26,982 bases of DNA from a virus (taxonomy: Duplodnaviria > Caudoviricetes). The notes beneath the pieces are model-generated. The model made no database searches and had not been told where the DNA came from. It worked only from the letters and a program-made list of their open reading frames with translations. The stretch covers positions 1-26,982 of the IMG/VR virus record IMGVR_UViG_3300037470_000185; one strand, 5' to 3'. The translations under genes and the position numbers were made by a program. Shown here piece by piece: positions 16,583-25,365 of the stretch. Within the stretch, counting starts at the first letter, position 1. The number at the start of each line of letters is the position of its first letter.

Positions 16583-16924
16583 ATGCAAGTAACCCCTAAA
16601 CCGCTTATCGCGTCACAACAGCTTACCGATTCCAACGCCACATACTACACGGCAACCAATGTGCGGACGATCATTGATAAAATGACCATCTGCAACACCA
16701 CGGCAGGAGCAGTAACGGCCACCATTGATATTGTAGATAGCGGTGGGGCGGCTGGTGTGACGGAACGGCTTATCTCCGCGCGAAGCATTGCAGCCGGAGA
16801 AACGTATCCGTGTCCTGAAGTGGCTGGGCACTACCTATCGAATGGTGATACTATCCAAGGTCTTGCCGGTGCTGCGGCTTCGCTTACCATACGGGCCAGC
16901 GGAAGAGAGGTATCCGGGGTATGA
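16583..16924 (+). CDS. small beta-sandwich virion protein (113 aa)
   Basis: AAGGAG RBS. YT...T.IDK.T.CN......I..GETY.CPE..GH.L..GD.I pattern seen in podovirus tail modules. Confidence 0.65.
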   Translation: MQVTPKPLIASQQLTDSNATYYTATNVRTIIDKMTICNTTAGAVTATIDIVDSGGAAGVTERLISARSIAAGETYPCPEVAGHYLSNGDTIQGLAGAAASLTIRASGREVSGV

Positions 16925-17949
16925 TAAACACTACCTCTTTATGCAACGTTTGCTACAAGAAAATCCCCGCAAAGATTTCAATAGAATCTGGCGCAGTTCA
17001 TATGCATAAAAAATGCAATGTCCACGGGGAATTTAGTTCATTGATTGACAAGGATGCAAAAATATTTACCGAAAATTACAATATAGGAACAGAGGGTATA
17101 AACAAGGCGATACTGGTGCCAGTAACAGATAGATGTAATATGGCGTGCAGCTGGTGTTTCACTAAGGGGGTTAAAACAGAAGAGAAAAGCGCGGAATATT
17201 ATGATAGGTTTCTAGTTGATTTAAAAATTTCTGGGTACTCGTTTCTTCTTACCGGTGGAGAACCAACAGAAAGGAAGGATTTCTTTGAATTCTGCAAGTA
17301 TTTATATTTGGCCGGATGGCCCGTTGTAACAATGACAAATATGATAAATTTTGCCGACGAACTGTTTGTAAAAGAATGCTTTAACGTGGGCCTAGTTAAC
17401 AATGGTTTGCTACACGCTGATTTCTCAATGCAACATCCAAAAAATTATTCAGGAGAGATTGCCGCAAAAAAATTCAAAGCAATTACAAACCTAGAAAAGT
17501 TTGGCATAAAAGCGAATTGCGTACAATTTTCAATATCAAGTCTTGACGAATTGGGGTACATAAGAGAATTTTTTAATGATACAAAGCACCTATACCACCA
17601 CATAAGAATAAGAACAATGTTCGGCAATTGGAAAGACTCTAGCGATAAAATATTTTTAAGTGATCTGCATAATTCATTCGTGGAAATATTTGGGGATTTA
17701 TCACCGATAAAAACCAGATTCCCGGAAAGTTCAAACATATATAGCCTTTACTTTTCTGTAGGATCAAACGGGTTTTCTTTAAGTTCAGGACCGACCGTGG
17801 AAAATGTTGACATGTTGTCCGCCAGAAGGCCCACCCACATGCTGGCCCTTGACGAAAGATATTATAGTTTCCCAGTTGCTCAAATAGTAAACGAAGGGAT
17901 ACATAAAGGTTGGTACAACGGATTCAAGTTGGAGGCTAACAATGCATGA
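16921..17949 (+). CDS. radical SAM enzyme with N-terminal rubredoxin-like metal ribbon (Tes/GDGT-MAS/MJ0619-like, lacking auxiliary-cluster Cys)
   Basis: C72xxxC76xxC79 (VTDRCNMACSWCF), LTGGEPT and MTN motifs. N-terminal C8xxC11-x20-C32xxH35. Overlaps both neighbouring genes. Confidence 0.9.
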   Translation: MINTTSLCNVCYKKIPAKISIESGAVHMHKKCNVHGEFSSLIDKDAKIFTENYNIGTEGINKAILVPVTDRCNMACSWCFTKGVKTEEKSAEYYDRFLVDLKISGYSFLLTGGEPTERKDFFEFCKYLYLAGWPVVTMTNMINFADELFVKECFNVGLVNNGLLHADFSMQHPKNYSGEIAAKKFKAITNLEKFGIKANCVQFSISSLDELGYIREFFNDTKHLYHHIRIRTMFGNWKDSSDKIFLSDLHNSFVEIFGDLSPIKTRFPESSNIYSLYFSVGSNGFSLSSGPTVENVDMLSARRPTHMLALDERYYSFPVAQIVNEGIHKGWYNGFKLEANNA

Positions 17950-18733
17950 TTTTTGCGAAGAAGGCCAAACAAAAAGAACTACCATATTTGATAGGGGTAT
18001 ATTAGAACACGCTAGGTTAGCGTGGTGCGGAATAGCAATAGCCGCTGGCGCAGCAATTGTCGGAGGAGTTATAGCTTCTGATTCATCTAGAAAGGCCGCT
18101 AACACTGCTGCGGACGCTTCAATGAACGCAACAAATACCGCAGCGGCATCACAAACAGAAGCCGCAAATACCGCAGCGGCATCACAAACAGAAGCCCTAA
18201 ATTATCTCAGAGAGATTGAAAGGGTCCCGCAGCAGTTCCGCCAAGAAGCACTAATGAAGCTTGGTGGGCTATCCGGACTGGAGGGCGGAGAGGGAAGCCA
18301 AGCGGAATTAATCGCAAGGGCGGAGAAATCACCCCTATATGCTGCTATCATGGGCGGGAGAAAGGCGGGTGAATCCGCTATCTTGCGCAACGCCTCGGCA
18401 ACCGGGGGGCTTCGCTCCGGTAATGTCCAGGGGGATATGTATGATTTCAATACGAACTTAAAAACCCAAGCCCTGCTTGAATCATACAACCAACAGCTTA
18501 CGGGCTTGCAGGGGTTAGCGCAACTGCCAAGTAACGCAAATAATATTGCTTCCACCATGTCTGGGGTAGGGACAACCTTGGCGGGCGGAATATCCGGGGC
18601 GGGCACGGCCACGGCAAATGGCATTATTGCTGGTGGGCAGATCCAACAGCAAAACATCCAAAACCAGGGCGACATCTGGGGCAAAGCTCTTTCTTCCGCC
18701 ATTACCGGCTACGCAAATAAGGGGGTGGTATAA
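17942..18733 (+). CDS. DNA ejection protein (P22 gp7-like) with an N-terminal leader
   Basis: GGAGG RBS. Hydrophobic AWCGIAIAAGAAIVGGVIAS segment, ILRNASATGGLRSGN motif, Gly/Ala/Gln-rich C-terminus. Confidence 0.85.
   Translation: MHDFCEEGQTKRTTIFDRGILEHARLAWCGIAIAAGAAIVGGVIASDSSRKAANTAADASMNATNTAAASQTEAANTAAASQTEALNYLREIERVPQQFRQEALMKLGGLSGLEGGEGSQAELIARAEKSPLYAAIMGGRKAGESAILRNASATGGLRSGNVQGDMYDFNTNLKTQALLESYNQQLTGLQGLAQLPSNANNIASTMSGVGTTLAGGISGAGTATANGIIAGGQIQQQNIQNQGDIWGKALSSAITGYANKGVV
18132..18196 (+). repeat. perfect 32-bp direct repeat with 33-bp period
   Basis: caaataccgcagcggcatcacaaacagaagcc occurs twice (NTAAASQTEA x2). Confidence 0.95.
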
Positions 18734-20073
18734 TGGCTAATCCTTTTTATATAAAACCCGCCTCAATGCTTCCTGGGTTTACTTCATTTTTGAGCGGGGT
18801 AGAGTCGCGCGCAGACTACGAGCGGGAGAAAACAAAAAAAGCTAAGCAGGAGACCATTAGGAAGCAGGCCGCCGGTCTGGCGCAGTCAGGTAATACCGAC
18901 GAGCTATACAAGCTCACCCTTGAAAATCCGTGGCTGACGGATGAGGTCACTAAAGCCTCCAAATGGCACAACGAGGAAATAAAAACCGACGCTATAGAAT
19001 CAGCAAGGCGCGTGCTAATGGGGGAATCTCCCGGGCAAGTAGGCATTGAGCATGCTGAAAAAGTCATTCAAGCTGGAGGCGACGCAACCAAACAAATAGA
19101 GCAGATCAAACAAGACCAACTAGAGCCAGAAGCAGCTATAAAAAGAGCAGAAATGTTCCTTCTCTTTCACGACCCCCAAACGTATAGGGCGCTGAAGGGA
19201 TCCCAAAAAAACAAAGGTCCGAAACAGCTGATTGTGAACGATCAACTTGTGACAATTGGCGAAGATGGAAAGGGTATAGCCTCTCAGATTGAGGGATTGC
19301 AGGGACTAGACGCACCGAAATCTGACTATGATAGGTGGAAACAGAACCCGGCTGAGTTTGCACAGTTTAGGTCCGCTAGAAGAGTTGGGGAAGGCGCGAC
19401 CAAAGAAACTGATGCGGAATTTTTTAGACGAGATCCGGAAGGGTATCGGAAATATAAGGCTGCTGGTAGAAAAGACAGCATGGTTGCAATAGAAAACCCG
19501 GACGGGACAACTTCTTATGTAGAGGGTGGGGCAGGAAGACCTCTAACCGCCCAACAAGCAAAACTTTTATCAGATGGAGAGCAGCTTAAGTTTGTCCTTG
19601 ATCCGTTGGAAGATTTACTCACAAACCAAAAAGAGCTGTTTGGTCCGGTTCGTGGGGCTGTCGGCAGTGCAAACCCATACAACGAAAAATCACGCACAGC
19701 CGACGCAACGTTGCGAAGGGCGCGACAAGTTGTCGGCTCATTTATGGAGGGTGGGGTTTTAAGAAAAGAAGATGAAGAGAAATACGCCAAAATGTTGCCT
19801 CAGTTGACAGATACACCCAAAATTGCACGAAACAAATTAAATGGCGTTAAAGATTTGCTTACAAAAAAGAGAGCGCAACTTGCTGCGGATTACGAATCGG
19901 CGGGATTTGACATGTCTGGGCAAAAGAAGCCTGCTGGCTCAACACCACCAGGGGGAGGAATGCCATTACCCCCCGAAGCGGCCAGCAAATTGCAAGCAGG
20001 AAAAATCACCGTATTCAAGAACGGCCAAAAATGGACGCTCGGCCAGAACGGCCAGCCCCAGAGGGTGCAATAA
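18733..20073 (+). CDS. DNA ejection protein (P22 gp20 position)
   Basis: Helical charged 446-aa protein coupled (TAATG) between the gp7-like and gp16-like genes. Confidence 0.7.
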   Translation: MANPFYIKPASMLPGFTSFLSGVESRADYEREKTKKAKQETIRKQAAGLAQSGNTDELYKLTLENPWLTDEVTKASKWHNEEIKTDAIESARRVLMGESPGQVGIEHAEKVIQAGGDATKQIEQIKQDQLEPEAAIKRAEMFLLFHDPQTYRALKGSQKNKGPKQLIVNDQLVTIGEDGKGIASQIEGLQGLDAPKSDYDRWKQNPAEFAQFRSARRVGEGATKETDAEFFRRDPEGYRKYKAAGRKDSMVAIENPDGTTSYVEGGAGRPLTAQQAKLLSDGEQLKFVLDPLEDLLTNQKELFGPVRGAVGSANPYNEKSRTADATLRRARQVVGSFMEGGVLRKEDEEKYAKMLPQLTDTPKIARNKLNGVKDLLTKKRAQLAADYESAGFDMSGQKKPAGSTPPGGGMPLPPEAASKLQAGKITVFKNGQKWTLGQNGQPQRVQ

Positions 20074-22376
20074 TGGCACAGGGTAGAGTTGAGGTTTTTG
20101 TTCCCGAGAGCAGCGAATGGGACGTTGTGGATGTTGCTGATACTCAACAGCTGGGGCCAGACACCGGCAGCGAATGGGATGTGGTTGATGAGTCTGGGCC
20201 ACACGATGCTATCATTGCTCAATACCATGCCGGGGAGCTACCAGACCGGAAGAAGTCAATCGTTGAGGAGTTGGCTAAACGTGGCGTTATTGCGTTGGAT
20301 CAATTAAAAAGCGGAGCACGGTCTGTTGTCGAAGGGGCAGCAGGGTTGCCGCTCATGGTGGGAGATGCGGCCAACACCCTTATAAATTATGGAATCAGCG
20401 GAGCAAACGAGCTTACCGGTGCCAATATCCCAGAGCTAAGCATGCCGTCCGAAACAACCAACCAAATGCTGGATGCTACCGGAGCACAAGAAGACACAGG
20501 TATTACTGGCGACATAATCAGGGGGGCAGCAGGGGCAATGACTTTCCCGGCGGCGGCAATAGCAACCCCAGCAGCAAGTGCAACTGGTACAGCTTTAAAG
20601 ACAGCCTTAGCCGCAAAGCCCGTTGCTCAGGTTATTTCGGGCTCGGGGTCCGGCATGGGCTCTGGCCTTGTTCGTGAAGCAGGAGGTGGGGAGGGGGCGC
20701 AGATGGTAGGTAGTCTTGTCGGCGGCATGGTTCCATATGCCGCCAAACAGACACCGGCTGCGTTCCGTAGTGGCGTGACCGGAAAGCGTGGCCCGGAAGG
20801 GGTTGCTGAAAACCTAAAGACATTCGGGGAAGCCAACACGACCCCCTCTGTAGGGCAGGCTACACAAGGAAGGGCGGCACAGGCGGCGGAAAGCTTCTTG
20901 TCTCGCAGTCCAGGAAGTGCCGGGGTTATTGCTGACAAGGCAACAACACAGGGCGATGATATTGCCAGGATGATCGAGGAGATTGCCGGTAAATCAGGAG
21001 GCAAGGCCCAGACCGGCAAGGCCATAAAAGAGGGCGTTGCTGATTTCGTTACACGGTTTAAAGAAAAGTCGGGGGAGCTTTACGGGCTGGTAGACGGGGT
21101 AATCTCACCCAAACAAAAAGTTCCTGTGAACAACACCATTTCCACATTGCGGAATCTCACATCAAGAATAAAAGGGGCCACAAAAACCTCAGAGGAATTT
21201 ATCAATCCCAAGCTGGCCAGGATAAAGCAGAACCTCATTCAGGATACAGGGGAAACTATCAAGGCCCGCAGGGACGCCGTGAAAAGCACCATGGACCAGA
21301 TAAAGACGGTACGGGGACAAATAGACGATATAGAGCGCAGCATCATTGACCAGGCCAGCGCGGAAGAAACAGTTGCGCAACGGCTTGGCGGCAAAATGAA
21401 AACCGGCAAAAGAGATAGTTTGGCAATTAAAGAGCTTACCGAAAAAAAAGAAGCTTTGACAAAGCGGCTGTCTTCTGAATTGCCGGAAATGCTTAAAGAT
21501 GATCTTGCGGAGTTAACGAAGGGCCGACAGATGCCCTACCAAGCTATGAAAGAATTGCGAACCAGAGTTGGGTATCTTCTGGACTCTTCCGAGATTATGT
21601 CTGATGTTCCAAAGTCTGAATTGAAAAAGCTGTATGGCGCAATTTCCCGCGACATAGAGGGGGGGCTGCCCCCAGAAGCAACGAGCTTTCTGAAGAGGGC
21701 GAACACATTTTATAAGGCCGGGAAGGATAGAGTTGACACATTGGAAAATGTGTTGTCAGGCAAGACATATGAGAAAATATACAATGCGGCGATTGGAGAA
21801 ACCAAAGACGGGCCGACCCTAATAAACAAGGTGTTGCGTAGTATGCCCAGGCAAACAAGGCAGAAGATGGCGCACGAATTCTTGCGGACCATGGGGAAGT
21901 CAACGGCGGGCAAACAAAACGCGGCGGTTGATGCTTTTTCAACGGAAACGTTTCTCACCAATTGGGGCAAGATGGATAGCAAGGCAAAGTCGGCTTTGTT
22001 CTCGAATATCAGCCCGGATTATATCAAGTCCATTGATTCAATCGCAAAGGTTGCGGAAAATATAAGAGCCGGATCGAAGGTGTTTAGTAATCCGTCAGGG
22101 ACACAACAGGCCGTATCTTTGCAGCAAACTATCGGTGGAGCAATGGTTTTATTGCTAACCGGGAACGTGGGGCCAGCGATAGCGGCAGTGATAGAACCCG
22201 CAATCGCCTATGGTGCGGCAAAATGGATGAGAAACCCCAATATTGTTAAGTGGTTGGCACAAAATAACCGTAGACCAGTAGAACGTCTACCTATTTTAAT
22301 AAACAGTTTAGCAAGACAACACAGAAACGACGCAGAAGTTCAGGATTTTGCAGAAACCATCCAAGGAGAAAAGTAA
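20073..22376 (+). CDS. DNA ejection protein (P22 gp16 position, 767 aa)
   Basis: TAATG-coupled start at 20073. Gly/Ala-rich hydrophobic region, PSVGQAT, NPSGT near the C-terminus. Confidence 0.75.
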   Translation: MAQGRVEVFVPESSEWDVVDVADTQQLGPDTGSEWDVVDESGPHDAIIAQYHAGELPDRKKSIVEELAKRGVIALDQLKSGARSVVEGAAGLPLMVGDAANTLINYGISGANELTGANIPELSMPSETTNQMLDATGAQEDTGITGDIIRGAAGAMTFPAAAIATPAASATGTALKTALAAKPVAQVISGSGSGMGSGLVREAGGGEGAQMVGSLVGGMVPYAAKQTPAAFRSGVTGKRGPEGVAENLKTFGEANTTPSVGQATQGRAAQAAESFLSRSPGSAGVIADKATTQGDDIARMIEEIAGKSGGKAQTGKAIKEGVADFVTRFKEKSGELYGLVDGVISPKQKVPVNNTISTLRNLTSRIKGATKTSEEFINPKLARIKQNLIQDTGETIKARRDAVKSTMDQIKTVRGQIDDIERSIIDQASAEETVAQRLGGKMKTGKRDSLAIKELTEKKEALTKRLSSELPEMLKDDLAELTKGRQMPYQAMKELRTRVGYLLDSSEIMSDVPKSELKKLYGAISRDIEGGLPPEATSFLKRANTFYKAGKDRVDTLENVLSGKTYEKIYNAAIGETKDGPTLINKVLRSMPRQTRQKMAHEFLRTMGKSTAGKQNAAVDAFSTETFLTNWGKMDSKAKSALFSNISPDYIKSIDSIAKVAENIRAGSKVFSNPSGTQQAVSLQQTIGGAMVLLLTGNVGPAIAAVIEPAIAYGAAKWMRNPNIVKWLAQNNRRPVERLPILINSLARQHRNDAEVQDFAETIQGEK

Positions 22377-24430
22377 TGACCAACATGCTTAAAAGATTCT
22401 GGCCGGTTATCATCCTGGCTCTGCTGATTACCGGCAACGCCAACGCCTACAACATAGTGAAGAATAACGCTATTTATGTACCAAACCCGGCAAAACTAGG
22501 GGTAATCAGCCTTGGCAGTATGTATGTGGGAAACCCCGACACCGATCCAACGGTAGTAGAAAATCAAAAAACCATCTACGTCAAGGACGAATCGGGAACC
22601 GTAACGGCGGTATCTCAGCCTCTCACAATAGGGGCCGGTGGTCTTCCTCTTTATAACGGCGATCCCGTAACCGTGCTGACTGATGGTGATTACTCCCTGA
22701 TGATTTTGAACTCGTTAGGATCACAAGTTTACTACATTCCCTCCGATCTTGATTCAACCCTTGATACGGCCTATGTGGCGGATATTGCAACGCTCCGCTT
22801 GTCCACGGGTGTAACTGGACAATCCATACAGCCGCAAGGATATTACGCCTACGGTGACGGGGCAGGCGGGCCTATCCGGCATTGGTCTGCCACATCAACC
22901 GCGACTGACAACGGCGGCTCCGTTATAAGACCAACCGCGATTGGTGTAGGAGACCCCGGACGGTGGATATGGGAACACACCGGACCGATTTATGCAGTTT
23001 GGTTTGGGGCAAAATGTGATGGGGTTACAGACGACACCGCCGCAGTGGTAGCCGCGAGGGGGGTAGCGATAAGCACCAATGAGTATTTGGTGTTCTCCGA
23101 AGGTACTTGCCTCCTTGAGGGAGTTGATACATACGGGGCGTTGTATTCCAGCAGTAGTACTCTGAAGATACGCGGGGCTGGTCAGTGGAACACTACCCTA
23201 ACAAACACCAACGCGACCGGGATACTTTGCAGACTTAATGGGTCATTTTGTGAAATTAGTGATATTGGCATCGACAACGGGACAAGCACTGGAACTGCCC
23301 TTAAGGTAAACGGGCAGCTTTCAAAAATAAAGAATGTGCGCGTTGTAAATGGTCTCGGGTGGCAGGTAGAGCAAGATGGCAACACCCTCGGTACAACCTC
23401 TGGATTATATTTGCAAAATGCAGCCCAAGGTATGGCGATTGGAGAGACAAGCCCAACTGCGTATCTAACCTTGGATGATGTTACTATAGAGCCATTAAGT
23501 GGTACTGCACTTAAAATTCGACAGGGCACAAATATAAAATTCGGGAAACTTTATTTTGAACCAGTGGGTGACGCTGGTGATATTACCAAATTCCTTGATT
23601 TGTCAGGGTGTAACCAAATTGATTTTTATTCGACTGGTGCAGAATTAGGGGGAACTCATAATCTTACCGATCCAGCCTATTTCGACATTGCTGCTTCTCA
23701 AGCTGTCAATTTTGACGGATTCAGAGTATACCATACCGGCACAGAAAGTAAGACACTTTTTAGGTTAACTGGTACTTATTCTAATGGCGTGTCCTATAGA
23801 AACATGAGCATACAGTCAACAAAAGCTGGCATGGTACTATTTGATAACGCGGCTAGTGGGTCTTGCTATAATCTTACATGGGATAATATCAGCACGGATA
23901 TAACTAATGCCGCAGGAGCAGTTGGGATTCAGGACACGACTGTTAACTATTATTTGTCAGTAAATAATTGGTTTGATAGGGCTTACCCAACATCTTTTGT
24001 TTTAAATTCTCTTTACGCTAAATACTATAATGTGCATGGTGCTATAGATATAACAAATAGAAATGGGCAGATATTGGAGAATTGCACTGGAGCTAAAAGT
24101 GGAACCGGAGTTGATTATTACACCAGCGTCCCGCAGTTTGTTACTGAAACAATCACAACAAGTACCGCAATATCGAGAAGGGGGCACACTATTGTTTCGG
24201 GAAACGACGGGGCAATATCGGTAACTCTTGCTGATGGTATTGTACCTGGGGAATTCAAGACAATTTATTGTGCGGGCGTATCTGGTGGTAATGTTACTCT
24301 AACGGTAGCGACACACGAAACATCTACCCCAGAAGTGTTTGTTTTTGATACTAATGGGGATTCAATTACTCTACAGTGGATGACATCTAAATGGGTTACT
24401 ATTAAAAACAATGGAGTAACTGTTCCTTGA
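22376..24430 (+). CDS. tailspike: signal peptide + P22-type head-binding domain + beta-helix + C-terminal domain
   Basis: G.MYVG.PDTDP....NQ..IYV.DE.G.....QPL.I.AGG...YNG...YSL.I....GSQV.YIP matches the P22 gp9 head-binding pattern. WFGAKCDGVTDDTAA marks the beta-helix start. Confidence 0.9.
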   Translation: MTNMLKRFWPVIILALLITGNANAYNIVKNNAIYVPNPAKLGVISLGSMYVGNPDTDPTVVENQKTIYVKDESGTVTAVSQPLTIGAGGLPLYNGDPVTVLTDGDYSLMILNSLGSQVYYIPSDLDSTLDTAYVADIATLRLSTGVTGQSIQPQGYYAYGDGAGGPIRHWSATSTATDNGGSVIRPTAIGVGDPGRWIWEHTGPIYAVWFGAKCDGVTDDTAAVVAARGVAISTNEYLVFSEGTCLLEGVDTYGALYSSSSTLKIRGAGQWNTTLTNTNATGILCRLNGSFCEISDIGIDNGTSTGTALKVNGQLSKIKNVRVVNGLGWQVEQDGNTLGTTSGLYLQNAAQGMAIGETSPTAYLTLDDVTIEPLSGTALKIRQGTNIKFGKLYFEPVGDAGDITKFLDLSGCNQIDFYSTGAELGGTHNLTDPAYFDIAASQAVNFDGFRVYHTGTESKTLFRLTGTYSNGVSYRNMSIQSTKAGMVLFDNAASGSCYNLTWDNISTDITNAAGAVGIQDTTVNYYLSVNNWFDRAYPTSFVLNSLYAKYYNVHGAIDITNRNGQILENCTGAKSGTGVDYYTSVPQFVTETITTSTAISRRGHTIVSGNDGAISVTLADGIVPGEFKTIYCAGVSGGNVTLTVATHETSTPEVFVFDTNGDSITLQWMTSKWVTIKNNGVTVP

Positions 24431-24506
24431 GTATGGAGCATTAACCGCCGAGAAAACCACCTGTAGGGCGTGGTGACACCGGCAGGAACAAAAAGGAAGT
24501 AAAGAC

Positions 24507-24878
24507 ATGCCCCCTAAAATAACACTTTGCCAAGAAGAGGCCTTCGTCGATAGGCGAGTCCCGTGCCCTATAGGCAGCGAGACCTTGAAGCAGTTACAGG
24601 AGGGCCTTGGCTCTGTGCAGGAGAAAGTGGTAGCCCTACAGAGTGCGGTGGAGGCACATACCACCGCCGCGCTGTCGGGCTACCCCCTGGATAAAGACGG
24701 GAGGGCGGACACCCTGGGGCACCGCAGCTACCACGAAGCCCTCATCATGCAAGCAAAATCCCGCACGGATTTTTGGCACAAGCTCGGGTTCGAGCTGGTG
24801 AAGTGGGGGCTTATCGGTTTCTTGTTTTGGGTGGTCACACAACTTTGGGCGAGCTTCATACTAGGACCAAAAAAATGA
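24507..24878 (+). CDS. holin-like membrane protein
   Basis: Coiled coil, GHRSYHEALI, C-terminal TM (WGLIGFLFWVVTQLWASFIL). Coupled to the lysozyme remnant. Confidence 0.5.
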   Translation: MPPKITLCQEEAFVDRRVPCPIGSETLKQLQEGLGSVQEKVVALQSAVEAHTTAALSGYPLDKDGRADTLGHRSYHEALIMQAKSRTDFWHKLGFELVKWGLIGFLFWVVTQLWASFILGPKK

Positions 24879-25117
24879 GCGCAATCACCATCGCGGGGAA
24901 CTTAATCCGCAACCATGAGGGTTTTTCCAAGTTTGCCTACCAATGCATGGCGGGGGAATGGACCATAGATTTTGGGCGCAACATTGATAAGAACGGCGGG
25001 CCGGGGATCACCGAGGAAGAGGCTTTGTTTTTACTCTCCAACGATCTGCGAAGCATCCACGCCGCTGCCATGCAAAATTTCCCCTGGTTCTCGGGGTTGA
25101 ACGAGGCCGGGGCGTAA
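24875..25117 (+). pseudogene. truncated GH24 (T4-like) lysozyme
   Basis: HEG...Y.C.AG.WTI(D)FGRN...GITEEEA..LL.ND...FPWF..L. Stops at 80 aa with no C-terminal lobe (no M.FN.G motif). The usual TIG reads TID. Confidence 0.75.
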
Positions 25118-25119
25118 TC

Positions 25120-25365
25120 ATGGGACCACAATCATTCGCAGACCTTGGCTGGTGGGCATTGGGCGGGGCTATCTTTGTAAGCGTCTCGGCCTGTGCCCTA
25201 CTTTTGAAACTGCTGCTGGCCAAACTAAAGGAGATTTGTAAGCTGTTAAGCGACTTCCAGAAGGTTATGAGCAAGCACGACAAGGCCATCGTGGAACTCC
25301 AGACACGATGCGCGATGAACCACAGGGCACCTATCACTAACAGGATTCAGGGTGAAGAGGAATGA
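25120..25365 (+). CDS. small N-terminal-TM coiled-coil protein, holin-like
   Basis: WWALGGAIFVSVSACALLLKLLL TM segment followed by a coiled coil. Confidence 0.5.
   Translation: MGPQSFADLGWWALGGAIFVSVSACALLLKLLLAKLKEICKLLSDFQKVMSKHDKAIVELQTRCAMNHRAPITNRIQGEEE

Noticed and set aside
16921-17949. Calling it a true tetraether lipid synthase, MoaA or QueE
   Set aside because: Auxiliary-cluster cysteines of Tes and the MoaA C-terminal cluster motif are absent. There are no queuosine or 7-deazaguanine pathway neighbours.
18014-18031. LAWC as a lipobox in the gp7-like protein
   Set aside because: Trp at -1 is non-canonical and the hydrophobic stretch follows rather than precedes the Cys, so Lgt/LspA processing is unlikely.
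20105-20192. Duplicated SEWDVVD motif at the N-terminus of the gp16-like protein
   Set aside because: It is real, but short acidic-aromatic repeats are common at the start of such ejection proteins and add little.
25100-25365. Stop read-through or frameshift restoring the lysozyme; alternative genetic code
   Set aside because: The downstream frames I could read show no lysozyme C-terminal motifs. All other genes are intact under the standard code.
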